Origin: Octopus vulgaris | Lineage: Eukaryota | DNA length: 64,000 nucleotides | Direction of reading: 5' to 3' | Assembly (NCBI GenBank): GCA_951406725.2 | Contig: OX597820.1 | Coordinates: 57,970,001 to 58,034,000, forward strand | In this document: in pieces, positions 52,701 through 64,000 of the stretch | Numbering within the stretch: the first letter of the stretch is position 1 | Layout: every line of letters starts with the position of its first letter | Program-made: the position numbers and the translations under genes | Notes under the pieces: model-generated | Seen by the model: the letters and a program-made list of their open reading frames with translations, nothing else | The model's database searches: none | What the model was told of the DNA's origin: nothing

Positions 52701-52754
<54 letters not shown>

Positions 52755-52816
52755 TTTGTTTGTTTTTTGTTTTTCCAGTTTCAGCTATTGAGCTGTGGCC
52801 ATGCTGGGGCACCGCC

Positions 52817-52983
52817 ATTGTGGTGAAAGAGTACAGCAGGGATCACCACCCCCTGCCGGAGCCTCGTAGAGCTTTTAGGCGTTTTCGCTCAATAAACACA
52901 CACAACGCCCGATCTGAGAATCGAAACCGCGATCCTGCGACCGCGAGTCCGCTGCCCTAACCACTAGGCCATTGCGCCTCCAC
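52817..52983 (-). mobile_element. SINE family C, 5' part
   Basis: GTGGAGGCGCAATGGCCTAGTGGTTAGGGCAGCGGACTCGCGG head. Confidence 0.88.
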
Positions 52984-54577
52984 GTATATATATATATATA
53001 CAAATTGATTGCTAATAGAATGCAGTATAGTGTATTCGTACATTGCATTTAGGTCTAATCTAGAACTGAACACAGTAAACCAAGATAGAGGAACTCATTA
53101 GGTAGAGAAATATTAATACTATAAGCTATTTCGTGAGTTATTTCACTCAGCCATTAGTTTTAATGCCAATATTGATTATGACTACCACGAGCGGTGCAAA
53201 AAGCTCAAAAATATGCAATGAATTTATGACGTGAACAAGGGAAAATGTCACAGAATTTTCCTCTGATGTAGCGCAGAGGAACAAGAATTAGTGTTTATCA
53301 ACCTTAATGTTTTTTTTATATTTTAATCCCACTTGAAATTTCTTTTCTTTCTGATGAAACGCTTCCATCCGAAACGTTACTTTCTATATCCTTCACAGAC
53401 TAAAAATTATCCCTTGCTGTTTGAACTATATGTCATATTTTCTGTTGAAGCAGAACCTCACTATGTTTTTTTTTCGACTACAGCCTTTTTATATCATTAC
53501 GAGAAGACTGGCACATAATTTACAAAATTGGTAGAACAACGGATAAAACGAACTGCGGTATTTAGTTACATAAACTCATGCTTTACGTTTTCAGTTTTAA
53601 TCCTGCTAAGGCATACTTTGTCTTTCATCCTTTTGAGGACGATAAATTACTACCAATGAAATAGTGGAGTTGATAGTATAGCAACTCTTCGTTTCCCAAC
53701 ATTACGAGTCTTATATCGCTGTTAGAAACGTATATTGTCAACAACATTCTGATCGTTTGTTTCATTTCTCGTATGCTGATACCCTTGAGAGTGTGAAAAG
53801 AGCTGAAACGTGTAAAATTAGAATTAGAAAAACATATTTTATTAAATTTCTGCTGGTGTCACGGGGGTATTCCTGGTATTCTCTCCAAACATTGACAAAT
53901 TTCTCCGTTTGTTGCAGCAGGTACTATGGTTATGTTCCTTGTCTATCTCCTCCCTGTATACACTAATCCAGGAGATCTAAAGAAAAATACTTTCCATTTG
54001 TAATCAAATTCCACCTGCAATCAAATTCAACGCTTGGATGTACTTTAAAGGAGATTTTGTTGTTATTTCAAGTCAATCAGGTGGCCACATACGAGTACCA
54101 TTGTTAGCTTCCAGTTATTTTTTTGCTCCTATAGTTACTGTTCCTTGTATAGGTTTACAAGATGAAGTTATCCGAGATCAGGGCGCCAAGATATGGGAAC
54201 CCTCATCTATTAGAATGCTGTCATCGATAATTAAGAGACACACCCTGTGACATCGCTAAAAAGGTTGTGAAACGTATACTTTATTGTTAATGTTGTAGAT
54301 TTTTCACATGATAACGGTATCTCTAGATACTATGTGTAAATAAGTTCCAATAATCGCTTTTATAATACGCCTAATGATATTTTTCTGTTATTATTAAGAG
54401 AACTGTGCTCACTGGTATCGGTAGGGGGAATACAAAATGCCTTACGTTATTCAACTATGCTTTTTACTCTATGAGTTCAAACCCTCTTGAAATCAATAGC
54501 TTAAGTAATAATCAAATATTGGAACTAATTTAATCGATTACACTACTTTCTTAAAATGTGTATAGTTGTTCCAAATA

Positions 54578-54795
54578 TTGATTTCAACTTTTTGGTACAA
54601 GGCTAGCAATTTCGGAAAGGAGATAAGTCGATTATATCGAACCCCATTATCTACCGGTACAAATTTTATCCACCTCGAAAGGATGACAGGCAAAGTCGAT
54701 CTCGGTTAAAATTTGAAATCAGAATGTAAAGACGGAAGAAATACTGCTAAGTATTTTGCTCGGTGTGCTAACGATTCTGCCAGCTCGTCGCCTTA
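54578..54795 (-). mobile_element. SINE family A
   Basis: GCTAACGATTCTGCCAGCTCGTCGCC head end and GGCAAAGTCGATCTCGG core. Confidence 0.85.
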
Positions 54796-55548
54796 AACTC
54801 ATTCCAAATATTAGTAATTGTTATCAGTATTCGAGGAGGAGGGCAAGCACAATCTGTCCCTATCCCGTATTGCTCGGTTGTATCCGATCAATTCTAGACT
54901 AAAATAACAGAAATGAAGTTTGCTTTTCATTACTCCACGAGCTATAAAATCAGTATCAGTAATATCCTCGGCCTGAAAACTAATACCAGAAATCTGTTTA
55001 AGTTCACATACAATCCACTATACGTCTGTTATATAATGCAAATGTTAGAAATCAGAATTATCAATATCACTTTCGTTTTGTTGGTGATTACCTCTTTGAT
55101 ATATTCTCACATACTACATTCTTGGAATAAACTCCATTTAATGTCTTCATGGCCTGTAATTAACTTAAGTTAAGAAGAGAAGAAAAATATAGGTTGCGTA
55201 TGTGCAGGGGTCTGGGGGAATATAAAGATATTACGAAAGTGTGAGGAAGGGATCATCGCAACCAACCAATTATTATTGTTGCTTCTGTTACTGATATTTC
55301 ATGTTTTGCAATGTTCTTTTGTAATTTTGGGACCCAACATTGTCTGAAAGCTGGTGAAAAGGTAATTAAAAGCGAAAGAGAAGAGAAAGAATAATGACCG
55401 ACTAAGTGACTCATTTACAGAATTGCGACTAATTGGTAGAGTGATACATAACAAAAATACCAGTTAGGTACCGTAGCTAAGAGCTGCATGTTAAATGGCG
55501 TCACTTATCTTTTTAATCTCGAGTGACTGACGAAAAGAATGTATTACA

Positions 55549-55590
<42 letters not shown>

Positions 55591-56060
55591 AATACATTCA
55601 TATGTGCATACACATACCTCCATAGATACATATAAATGTTCGTGTATGTATGTGTGTGTGTGTGTATTATTCCCAACAGCGCTCCTTTTCAAAACCATCT
55701 GACAAAGGTAATATATGTTTGTACGTATTCAGGTATATATGTCTACAAGAAACATAAGTATGTCAAGAAAAAAAATACACGCTTAACATGTGTGTGAGTG
55801 TGTGTGCGTGTGTGTGCGTGTGTGTGTGTGTGTGCGAGCGTACGTGCGTGCGTACGTGTGTGTGTATGTGTGTGTGTTTGTTAGTTTGTGAACGTTGATT
55901 TATTTTCCGTTGCATTCCATTTGTATTTTATATTATCGTTCAAGATGTCTAAATCTATCTTGGACTTCGCAGTTTTATACACACTTATACACACTCGTAT
56001 GGATATATTGCTTATATACATACACACATACATACATACATACATACATACATACATACA

Positions 56061-56093
<33 letters not shown>

Positions 56094-56114
56094 CGTGTAT
56101 GTATATATATATAA

Positions 56115-57430
56115 CTAGCAGAGATACCCGGCGTTGCCCGGTTACATTCAATTGGGGAATTAGACTTTTCTGTTATATCTTCTGTAATGAACTGGAATGT
56201 CTATGTCTCGAATTTCATCAAAATTGCAGATGAGGGTTATTTCACTCTTTACATACCCTAAAAAATTGTAATCGTGCCACATGTATCGCATAATACTGAT
56301 TTTTATGCACATATTCCAAAATTCCAGTTTTATTGAACTTGTTTAAAAGATTTTGCTCCTGAAAAATGAAGGTCATGGAGCTCTAAAATGTGAGAGTTAA
56401 GGCCCCTGTTGAGGGTGGGCATCTTAATGTCAACCAGAGAAGTTGAATTGTTGAAAATCTTTTTAACTTGGGTTTTATATCAATTGTTTGATTTTCTTTG
56501 AAATAGGAAGTATATGTTCACTGGGTTTGTAAAAGAGAGCAAAGCTACAGGAAACCAAAAGACGAATGATCACAATAAGCAGTCAGTTACCCTACCCTAG
56601 TCGTTACCACTCCCAATGTAGGATTCCTCACCATCCAGGTGAAAGGCACAGCCGTAAGATGCATTACGAATCTATAGCAATTGGAAAGGCGTGACCCAAC
56701 TGAAATCAACATTAACAAATGTTTGACGTGAGGCTAAGGAGAAATGAAAGTGTCACCTCTGGAGTTTCCAAATGACCACTATACTGATACGTAACTGGAC
56801 AGAATAAATTTAAAATCTATAAATGTCTTTGAATAACCAATCACTCATTTGGGAAGGCCATGAAATCAATGTTACCATCTGGGGACTATGTGTGACCAAG
56901 TGATAATATAAAGACTGAAAGGAGGTATGCAATCAAATAACTTTACTCAACACTTTGCGACTGAATCAGTGGAGGCAAAGATGCCTCTCATTTACTTGAC
57001 AATTTATGCACCATATTGCAAAAATCACAATGTAAGTGTATGTCAAAGCAAACTGTTATACTGTTGTACCATTGAATTAGAAATAATGCCCAACTTTTAT
57101 GCTCGGGTAACCCTACAGCTTCCAAGAGCACAACTGTATTTGTTTTTGCTTAGATAAAATGACAAAATTGTTGGTGTTAAGTCCCCATGGGGGGGGGGTC
57201 TTTCTAATTTTGTAAGAAGATAAAATTTTATAAATATTACTTCATTTGTGTCTAATATCTATGGTTAAGATTTCATCAACAGCAAAAATATATGAATTGT
57301 CATGGGGGTTATGGCCCTTATGCATAAAATATAATTTCCAAATTTCATAAAGATCCATTCAGTACTTTTGACCTAGTTTTGGATCATAAAAGAAATTACT
57401 AAAACTTGGGAGTTAAGGCTCCCATTAGGG
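56115..57430 (-). mobile_element. Helitron-type element, 3' end clear, 5' boundary uncertain
   Basis: Minus strand ACCGGGCAACGCCGGGTATCTCTGCTAG|T terminus, same hairpin family as 40515-40909; internal repeat GAGTTAAGGC at 56394 and 57410. Confidence 0.6.
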
Positions 57431-57674
57431 TGTATATATATATATATATATATACACGCACACATACAAAGATAAATTGATAGATACAATTGAGTGGGCA
57501 AACAAAAATATGAGACACAGCCTAGTGCTTTTTTATGTACTTATTCTATTAGTTTGTTCTTGTGAAACCAGTAAGTTATGTGGATGTAAATAAATGAACA
57601 GCAGTTGTGAAGCAGTGATGAGGGCGAAACACAGAGACAAAGACACACACATACACTTACATATATACATATAT

Positions 57675-59022
57675 ATACGTATATTGAGCTCAGCTTCAAG
57701 GGATAGGTTGTAGGTGACGGTAGAGCCAAGATAGGTAAACTTCTCCACCTCCTGTAGTCTGTGGTCTCCAATATGTATGTTTGGGATGTCGTCCGATGTA
57801 GCCTGAACCATGATGTTGGTCTTCTTGAGGCTGATAATTAAGCCAAAGTTGCCAAATGCTTTCTCAAAACAGTTGATGAGCCTTCGTAGGCCTTCTGTGT
57901 GTGATACCAGAGCGGCATCATCAGCAAATAGCATCTCCTTGATCAGGACGCTTCTGATTTTGGTCTTGGCACGCAGACGCGAGAGATTGAACAGTTTCCC
58001 ATCACTTCTACTGCGCAGAAACACTCCATCATCTGATGTCTCAAAGGCATGTGACAACAGTAGCGAGAAAAAGATGCCAAATAATGTAGGAGCAAGGACA
58101 CAACCTTGCTTTACCCCATTTTCTTTTATTTGGAAGGCAGCTGATGTTGAACCATTGTGCTGTATGGTGCCTTGCATATCAGCATGGAAAGATTTGATGA
58201 TTCTCAGCAGCTTTGGTGGACATCCGATTTTTTGGAGCAGGAGGAAGAGGCCTTTTCTACTTACCAAGTCAAAGGCCTTTGTCAGATCAATGAAGGCCAT
58301 ATATAATGGCATTTTCTGCTCCCTGGACTTCTCCTGAAGTTAGCGTAAGGAAAATATCATGTCAATAGTTGATCTGCTTCTTCTAAATCCACACTGCGAT
58401 TCTGGATAAATTCGAGAAGCAATTAGTTGCAGTCTGGACAGGTTAATGCGAGCAGAGGCCTTTCCAACAGTGCTTAGAAGAGATATTCCACGGTAATTGT
58501 TACAATCACCACGGTCACCTTTGATTTTGTAAAGCGTAATGATATTAGCATCCCGCATATTCTGAGGGACTGTACCCTCTTCTCAGCACTGACACAGAAG
58601 CTCATGAATGTGCCGAAGCAGGATGGTGTTCTTGCCGGTTTTGATGATCTCTAAGGGGATGCCGTCTTTTCCCGGAGCATTGTTACTTGCTAGGGAGTCA
58701 ATAGATTTGGTGAGCTCTGCTATAGATGGCAGACTGTCAAGTTCACACATGACTGGCAAGATCTTGACACCCTCGATTGCAGCCTCAGCTACCATGGTCT
58801 CTCGTGAGTAGAGATCCTGGCAGTACTCCATCCATGTACCCATTTGCTTGCTTTGGTCCTTAGTGAGATCCCAGTAGTTGATTTTAGAGGGGCTGAGTTG
58901 GTTGCGGATGGACCGAGGGCCTTCTTCAAACCGGCATACATCCCACAGGAGTCGCCACTGTCAGCAGCTGACTGGCTACTCTGACAGATTTCCTGTCAAT
59001 ACCCATTTGCAGTGTCTGGCAG
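57675..59022 (-). mobile_element. RTE/BovB-like LINE reverse transcriptase fragment, truncated at both ends
   Basis: GMYAGLKKALGP, APGKDGIP, KGDRGDCNNYRGISLLS, YPESQCGFR, AFIDLTKAFDLV, GVKQGCVLAPTLF, MLFADDAAL and FTYLGS in order, with a few stops and frameshifts. Confidence 0.97.
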
Positions 59023-59520
59023 TCGAAAATTTTCACCAAAAATTTTTCGAAAATTTTCACCAAAAATCTTTCGAAAATTTTCACCTGAAATTTTCACCGA
59101 AAATTTTCACCAAAAATTTTTCGAAAATTGTTACCGAAAATTTTAACCAAAAAGTTTCACCAAAACTTTTTCGAAAATTTTCACCAAAAAGTTTCACGAA
59201 AACTTTTTCGAAAATTTTCACCAAAAAGTTACACCAAAACTTTTTCGAAAATTTTCACCAAAAATTTTCACCGAAAATTTTCACCAAAACTTTTTCGAAA
59301 ATTTTCACCAAAAAGTTTCACCAAAAATTTTTCAAAAATTTTCACCGAAGATTTTCACCATAAATTTTTCGAAAATTTTCATCAAAAATTTTTGGAGAAT
59401 TTTCACCGAAAAATTTCATCAAAGAATTTCCAAAAATTTTTACCAAAAATTTTCACAAAAAATTTTCACCAAAAATTTCTCGAAAATTTTCACCGACAAT
59501 TTTCACGAAAAATTTTCCCC
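59023..59520. repeat. Minisatellite of 11-13 bp subunits (AAAATTTTCACC(A/G) and AAAATTTTTCG)
   Basis: Dozens of A4T4-type subunits including many copies of the palindrome GAAAATTTTC. Confidence 0.96.
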
Positions 59521-59920
59521 AATATGTGAGCGTGTGTATATATCCGTACGTATATGTGTGTGTAGATTTTATATATGTGTATGTATGTGAATGTATATAT
59601 ATGTGTGTTTGTGCGCGCGCGCACATATATGCGTGTATGTGTCCGAGTGTTGAATCTTAAAGGCCAGCTAAGGAGAATCATATGTGTAACCAACCATGAA
59701 GAACAAATCAACAGTACAAAGAAATAAAATACCAGTCTCTTTAAAACGGCAACCACTTTAAGTGTACGAGAATCACCATCCCACTACATTTACGTATTCA
59801 AAGCAGTTCACCAACAACATACCTTGATAGGCTTTGTGACTACTACTAAATTAAGGCCACGACAGAGAAATAGAATGTTCTTGAAGCCGAGGATTTTAAA
59901 TTTACAGACAATATTTACAT

Positions 59921-60026
59921 ATCACCTGAGGAAACACAACTAGATCTCATAATGCAGGGAAATAGTTTCTTAATCAAGTACCTGCACATCTGGAGAACTA
60001 CGTTGCGTGAAAACAATTGTAGTGAT
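59921..60026 (+). ncRNA. Type-I hammerhead ribozyme-like motif with a greatly extended stem II
   Basis: ATCAC-CTGAGGA-A-[ACACAAC..TAG..TCTC..TGCAGG / CCTGCA..GAGA..CTA..GTTGCGT]-GAAA-ACAATTGT-A-GTGAT: 5-bp stem I, palindromic stem III, GUA triplet; one extra A in the GAAA junction. Confidence 0.68.
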
Positions 60027-60360
60027 TAAAAAATAAATGTCCAATTGTTGACTCCAATTTTTTCAATTATGTATTCACACACGACAGATGCCCAAACGCA
60101 AACTTGGAAATACATATAATACTATTACCGGAAAGCACAGTTTAAATGTGAAAGTGGACGAACGAGCTTTATACTGTATTCTACTATGTTCTTAACAGAA
60201 TATACTATAATTATATATATATACATACATAAGACGGTTTACGTCAACCAGATATACTCACAAGTCTTTGGTCGGCCCGAGTCTATAGCAGAAGACACTT
60301 GCCCAAGGTTTCACGCAATAGTACTGAACCCAGAACCATGTGGTTGGGAATACATATATA

Positions 60361-61453
60361 TCTATATATATCTGTATATATATACGGCAAGATGTGTGTG
60401 TGTGTGTACGTGATTGTAGTTTATGCACATCCACAAATTAGCACGCATGTCGCTCAAATTTTAGGAGGACATTCGTCAACATCCTATCTGGGTTTTGTCA
60501 ACTTATTTTTTTCCCGAGGCACCCGCGGATAGCGGTAAAAATCTATTTTCAGCAATAAGATTTAGCGGTAAAAATCTATTTTCAGCCATATCTTTTTGAC
60601 GGCGTCTAACAAAAAAAAACAAGATAAAGAAAAGTGGAAGAAGAGAGGCAGAGAGTTTCACGGGAAAGACAAAGTGAGAGAGGGAGAGAGAGTAAGTGAC
60701 GACGTTCATAAAAATCTATTTTCAGCCATAGCTTTCTGACGGCGTCTAACAAAAAAAAACAAGATAAAGAAAAGTGGAAGAGAAGCAGAGAGTTTCACGG
60801 GAAAGACAAAGTGGGAGAGAGAGAGAGAGAGAGAGTAAGTGACGACGTTCATAAAATATAAAATGTAAAATGTTTTGTCTTTTCTTAAACACGAGATATA
60901 GTGTTCAAATTCAGGATATTTTTGAAAGACACTATATTTTATAATCATAGTATATATACTTTCTCACACAACAATTACAATATATTTTTTTTAAATCATT
61001 TATTTATTTTAAATCGTTCATCTTTCTCCCCCTCTCTCACACATTACTTTGGGTGCGAAAGAGTTTTGTTTATATTTTACGCCGAGTAAAAAAGTGTTTT
61101 GTTGACAATCCATTTATTTAACAACAAAGAAACAAAGAGGTGAGTAGCAATTTGTCAGTGAATTGCACAATATAAATGGGTACAATTTTCGGGGCTTCCA
61201 CCACACCCACTCCGTTTCACGGACCACAAAAAGGGTTTTGTAGCATATTAGTAGTTGATTCCACGCAAAAAAAACCGATTATTTTTCTTAGTGAAAATCG
61301 TGAGAGTGTTAATCTACAAATTTAACATTTTCCCATTCATTTCTGTTTATGAACATGTATGCATGCACAAAACATGCAATAGGTGTACATACATACATGT
61401 GTGTTCGTGTCTGTTGCCCATATATATTTATATTATATTATATCATATCATAT

Positions 61454-61491
<38 letters not shown>

Positions 61492-61619
61492 ATATAACCA
61501 ATTTCAACGGATTTTGCCCAAATTTGACGTCGATATTACTTAGTTTGGTTTGAAATAAAGAACTTGATTAGCTTAATAATCGTAACTTAATCCCGGGCAA
61601 GGCCGGGTTATACTACTAT
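60361..61619 (+). mobile_element. Helitron-type non-autonomous element with internal tandem duplication
   Basis: TCTATATATA 5' start; about 139-bp duplication (60572-60710 and 60711-60855); 3' CCCGGGCAAGGCCGGG hairpin followed by a decayed CTAG (CTAT). It may be two nested pieces. Confidence 0.6.
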
Positions 61620-62464
61620 TTCAGTATTACGTGTTAAAAGTGAAACAAAAACATTTCTCTATTTTATGTCAGATACTTTCACTTTAACAATAAAAATAAT
61701 AATAACAATTGAATTATATGTAGTAATAATTAAAATTAAACTAAATTATAATATAATCGTAACATAACAAAAGTAAAAATAGTAATTGGTATAAAATTGC
61801 ATCACTGACTACGAACTTGAATCAGCGGTTTCACATGAATGGGAATAAATTAAAAATAAAATTAGCGTGCAGAAATGGAATAGTCCAGATGGATAATAAA
61901 AAATTAAATTGAAGAAAAAACTATTGTCTATAAAGTATGCAATGTAGAGAAAAAGATTTGAACACATGGAGGAAAGAACTTTCGAAAAGCGTCTTGGTGG
62001 CGACTATGAAAGATATCTAATCAGAGGCAGTAAATTCGCCACAATAGAAGCAAGGTTCGAATCAACGGAGTGTGCAAGGGAGTACTCGACTCGAACTTGT
62101 AAAGTGGAAATATTTTATTTTTACCTTTATTTCTGGGACATAGGACGTCTCGGAAAAAAATTGAAAATGCCCCCCCCCCCGAAGTAGAGGTAGGCTGGAT
62201 TGTAGCCACACTTCTATACAAGAGGGAGAACAAGATACAATTGATCGAAATTACAAGAGACGGGCTAACAATTCCAGCTGTTATATATTTTGAGTATTGT
62301 TATCACTGGCGATATCAAGATATAACTTTGTAATTTGTATTTTATGTGTAGATGTATATACAGATGTACATGTAATATGTACACATATATATATACACAT
62401 ATATACATGCACTAGCACTATGACCCGGCAACGATGGGTCTTTAATGCTAGTATATATATAAAG

Positions 62465-62601
62465 GTGTGTGTTAAGAAGCTTGCTTCCCAACGACATGGT
62501 TCCGGCTTCATTCCCACTGCGTTGCACCTTGGGCAAGAGTCTTCTAGTATAGCCTCTGGGCGACCAAAGCCTTGTGAGTGGATTTGGTAGACGGAAACTG
62601 A
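62465..62601 (+). mobile_element. SINE family B head, truncated
   Basis: AAGAAGCTTGCTTCCCAAC...GTGAGTGGATTTGGTAGACGGAAACTG, fused directly to the next repeat. Confidence 0.85.
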
Positions 62602-62728
62602 AACCCAGGTTCGAAATTTCCCCAATACACCTGATGAAATCTGGAGGGTATATCAACTGAAACACTGTGTTCACAACAAACAAGATGAGGAAAAATAGTC
62701 GTCAATTATAAATAGTGTAAATAATGTT
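62601..62728 (+). mobile_element. Second copy of the hammerhead-bearing short repeat
   Basis: AACCCAGGTTCGAAATTTCCCCAATACAC-CTGATGA...GAAAC-ACT-GTGTT...ACAACAAACAAGATGAGG, homologous to 34695-34820. Confidence 0.72.
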
Positions 62729-63725
62729 CAACAAGGCTATTACTTCACAAATATCAACCAGAACTGTTAGAAGAACGCTTGTAGAATACGGTCAAAAAAG
62801 GCTGTAAAGCCAAAAAGAAGCCGTGGGTTTCTGAAGCGAATATGGAAAAACGTCTTCAGTGGGCCAAAAACCACTCAAATTGGACCAGTGAGCCATGGTC
62901 GAAAGTCATATGATCTCATGAAAGTAACTAAGAGGTAAGATAGAACATGTATTCGATCAACATATAAACTTAATGTAATTGGTTTGTTGCCCAAAATATA
63001 TCAAAAAGTGTCAACATAAAGCTAATACTATTTTTCGTGTTTTTGCTCAGTTTTTTTTCATGTTTTCGGTGCTTCTGGTGCAACTTTCGTTCGTCGCAGA
63101 GTTGGGGAAGCATTTAAGGCTGAATGTTTGGTACCAACCGTAAAACATGGGGTGGTTCTATCATGGTGTGGGCCTGCATGTTTGCCACAGGATCCGGAGA
63201 AATGTTTTTATGTCACGGAAGGATAAATTCAGCTACCTATGATTCTATGTTAGTAGATTTTTTAGAGCCATCAAATTGCATCCAGTAGTTTCAAAAAACA
63301 GTGTTATCTTTCAACAGGACAACGCTCCATGTCATATAGCAAAGAATACTCATCAATGGTTTGAGACACAGTGTATTATTCCCATGGACTGGCCAGCGCA
63401 AAGTCCCGATCTAAATCTGATCGAACACCTATGGGGAACTCTTGGTGATGTTATCAGGAACACAACCATTAACAATAAAGAGCATTTGTACCATAAGTTG
63501 AGAGAAGAATGGAATAAAATCACGCCTAGCACCTGCAAGAAACTAGTCGGTTCAATGCCTGACCGTATAAAAGCGGTAATTGATGCTAAAGGAAGGTCAG
63601 CTAATTATTAAAACTAATGTATATTGTGAAATATACCATAATCTACAATGTGCATGAGTTTCATTGACATTGATATAGCAGAACCCGAAAACATTGGAGT
63701 GGCCTAATACTTTTGGCCAAGGCTG
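62729..63725 (+). mobile_element. 5'-truncated, decayed DD34E Tc1 transposon with an intron
   Basis: STRTVRRTL, KKKPWVSEANMEKRLQWAK, WSKVI*SHES, PTVKHG, GSIMVWAC, FQQDNAPCH-...-WPAQSPDLNLIE (34 residues D to E); right TIR GTGGCCTAATACTTTTGGCCAAGGCTG followed by TA. Confidence 0.95.
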
Positions 63726-64000
63726 TATATATATATATGTATACAAGTACTATTCGTAGCCACTTTAATATGGTTGTCCGTTCGAGCGGACTCTACTGTG
63801 ATAGTTTAACCCCAAGTGGACATCTCCTCATGCTGGTCAACGATGCACAGCTGCATCCGATAAAATTGTGAGGAGGGGGAGCGAACCCTACCATCTTCTA
63901 GCGACAGGACCAACATACCAGTCTTGGTCTATATTTGTCACTCCTCGGTACTGGACACCTCGTCTGCTCGCAATATATATATTTCAAGCGAACACACAGT

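Noticed and set aside
53345-53385. CTGATGA...CGAAACGTT as a functional hammerhead
   Set aside because: Core and spacing fit, but stems I and II no longer pair; counted only as a possible relic.
95-59022. RTE fragments at 57.7-59.0 kb and 95-600 are collinear on the minus strand
   Set aside because: They are 57 kb apart with a gap in the protein, and the 95-600 piece looks more decayed; independent copies are the simpler explanation.
59023-59520. CRISPR-like appearance of short palindromic repeats
   Set aside because: No unique spacers, no cas genes, eukaryotic context.
58878-59529. ORFs with repeated ENFHQK/KFSPK motifs
   Set aside because: Translation of the A4T4 minisatellite, open in several frames.

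Overview
AT-rich eukaryotic DNA, intronic or intergenic and packed with repeats. The three tRNA-headed SINE families and the very dense (TA)n/(CA)n/(GATA)n/(ATAC)n/(TAA)n microsatellites suggest an octopus (coleoid cephalopod) genome; this is inference from repeat content. No intact, nameable host gene is visible, and almost all ORF-track entries are microsatellite or SINE translations. The recognisable coding remnants are decayed transposons: RTE/BovB-like LINEs (95-600, 57675-59022 and others), R4/Dong-like LINE pieces beside (TAA)n, CR1/L2-like pieces, a DD37D (maT) transposon (34822-36012) and an intron-containing DD34E Tc1 transposon (62729-63725). Non-autonomous elements include mariner, hAT and GG-ended MITEs, Helitron-type elements, an 877-bp tandem duplication and a GAAAATTTTC satellite. 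The most unusual signal is a set of unrelated minimal type-I hammerhead-ribozyme-like motifs, several with the palindromic stem III of Penelope-like elements (about 12.6, 15.7, 34.7, 52.6, 53.4, 59.9 and 62.6 kb). One of these families carries a Pol III B-box-like motif upstream of the hammerhead. There are also several long fold-back hairpins and inverted SINE pairs. A few short plus-strand exon candidates suggest the window may lie within a large gene. All structures were read by eye; boundaries of decayed repeats are approximate.
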